This document shows, one piece after another, positions 63,596 to 64,000 of a DNA stretch of 64,000 nt (position 1 is its first letter; every line of letters starts with the position of its first letter). The stretch is from Entomortierella parvispora E1425 (lineage: Eukaryota > Fungi > Mortierellomycota): contig BQFW01000002.1 in NCBI GenBank assembly GCA_020891255.1, positions 124,001 to 188,000 of the forward strand. The letters run 5' to 3'. A program made the translations under genes and the position numbers. The notes beneath the pieces are model-generated. The model did no database searches. It worked only from the letters and a program-made list of their open reading frames with translations, and was not told the DNA's origin.

Positions 63596-64000
63596 ATGGC
63601 GACCAGCACAAACCAAACTGTCTCTACTGCCGCCGCCGCGGACACCACGCCCACAGCGACCACCCGTGGCCCAATAACGTCTGTTAAACACGGATGGGCC
63701 AATGCCAATGGAGAGTTCAAACGCGCTCCATCGACTTTCCGTGACTGGATTCAAGACTCGCCAGATGCAAAGTTTCCCGCTGAAAAGTAAAAAGATCTCT
63801 CCCACCGCTCAGTTTCCTGCTCTTGTCTGGGAGTCATGAAAGAAAAAGGTGCTGATGGACCATGCTTATTTCTACCGGTTTTCCTTTTAGGGGCCGTTAT
63901 CATTTGTACATCTCATACGGTTGCCCATGGGTAAGGAGAGAAGCAAGGATTCTTCAGGGATTGGATTGGAAGGAAAGAATGGCAGGCAACTCGAGCATCA
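63596..64000 (+). CDS. Omega-class glutathione transferase, copy 3 (truncated by window end)
   Basis: GEFKRAPSTFRDWI...KFPAE|KGRYHLYISYGCPW|gtaag, with the same intron positions as copies 1 and 2. Confidence 0.9.

Overview
Eukaryotic, intron-rich fungal DNA. It is probably from an early-diverging Mucoromycota fungus such as Mortierellaceae; this is inferred from intron style and gene families. Most of the window is housekeeping or regulatory genes: PSD2, RLP24, a Crz1-like C2H2 factor, eIF3d, PAM18, RPL5, QCR2, SCO1, a SAP-domain protein, a STE11-like MAPKKK, an FBXO21-like F-box protein, a homeodomain factor, a beta-TrCP-like F-box/WD40 protein, an SSO-type syntaxin and three tandem omega-class GSTs. 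The outstanding element is a ~6 kb minus-strand spliced locus (about 14361-20311) between the divergent PAM18 and RPL5 genes. Its exons join an N-terminal FEN1/XPG-like (PIN-fold) 5' nuclease to a C-terminal Fanzor/TnpB-type RuvC plus zinc finger. All three RuvC catalytic residues are present, but there are two frame breaks, and the tail is a chain of short phase-1 exons. Other finds are a dual-guide box C/D snoRNA (snR60/SNORD80-like) in RPL5 intron 2, a 9-exon PD-(D/E)XK-like nuclease gene at the window start, and three GC-AG intron candidates. Exon models were read by hand from splice signals and frame arithmetic; no database searches were run.
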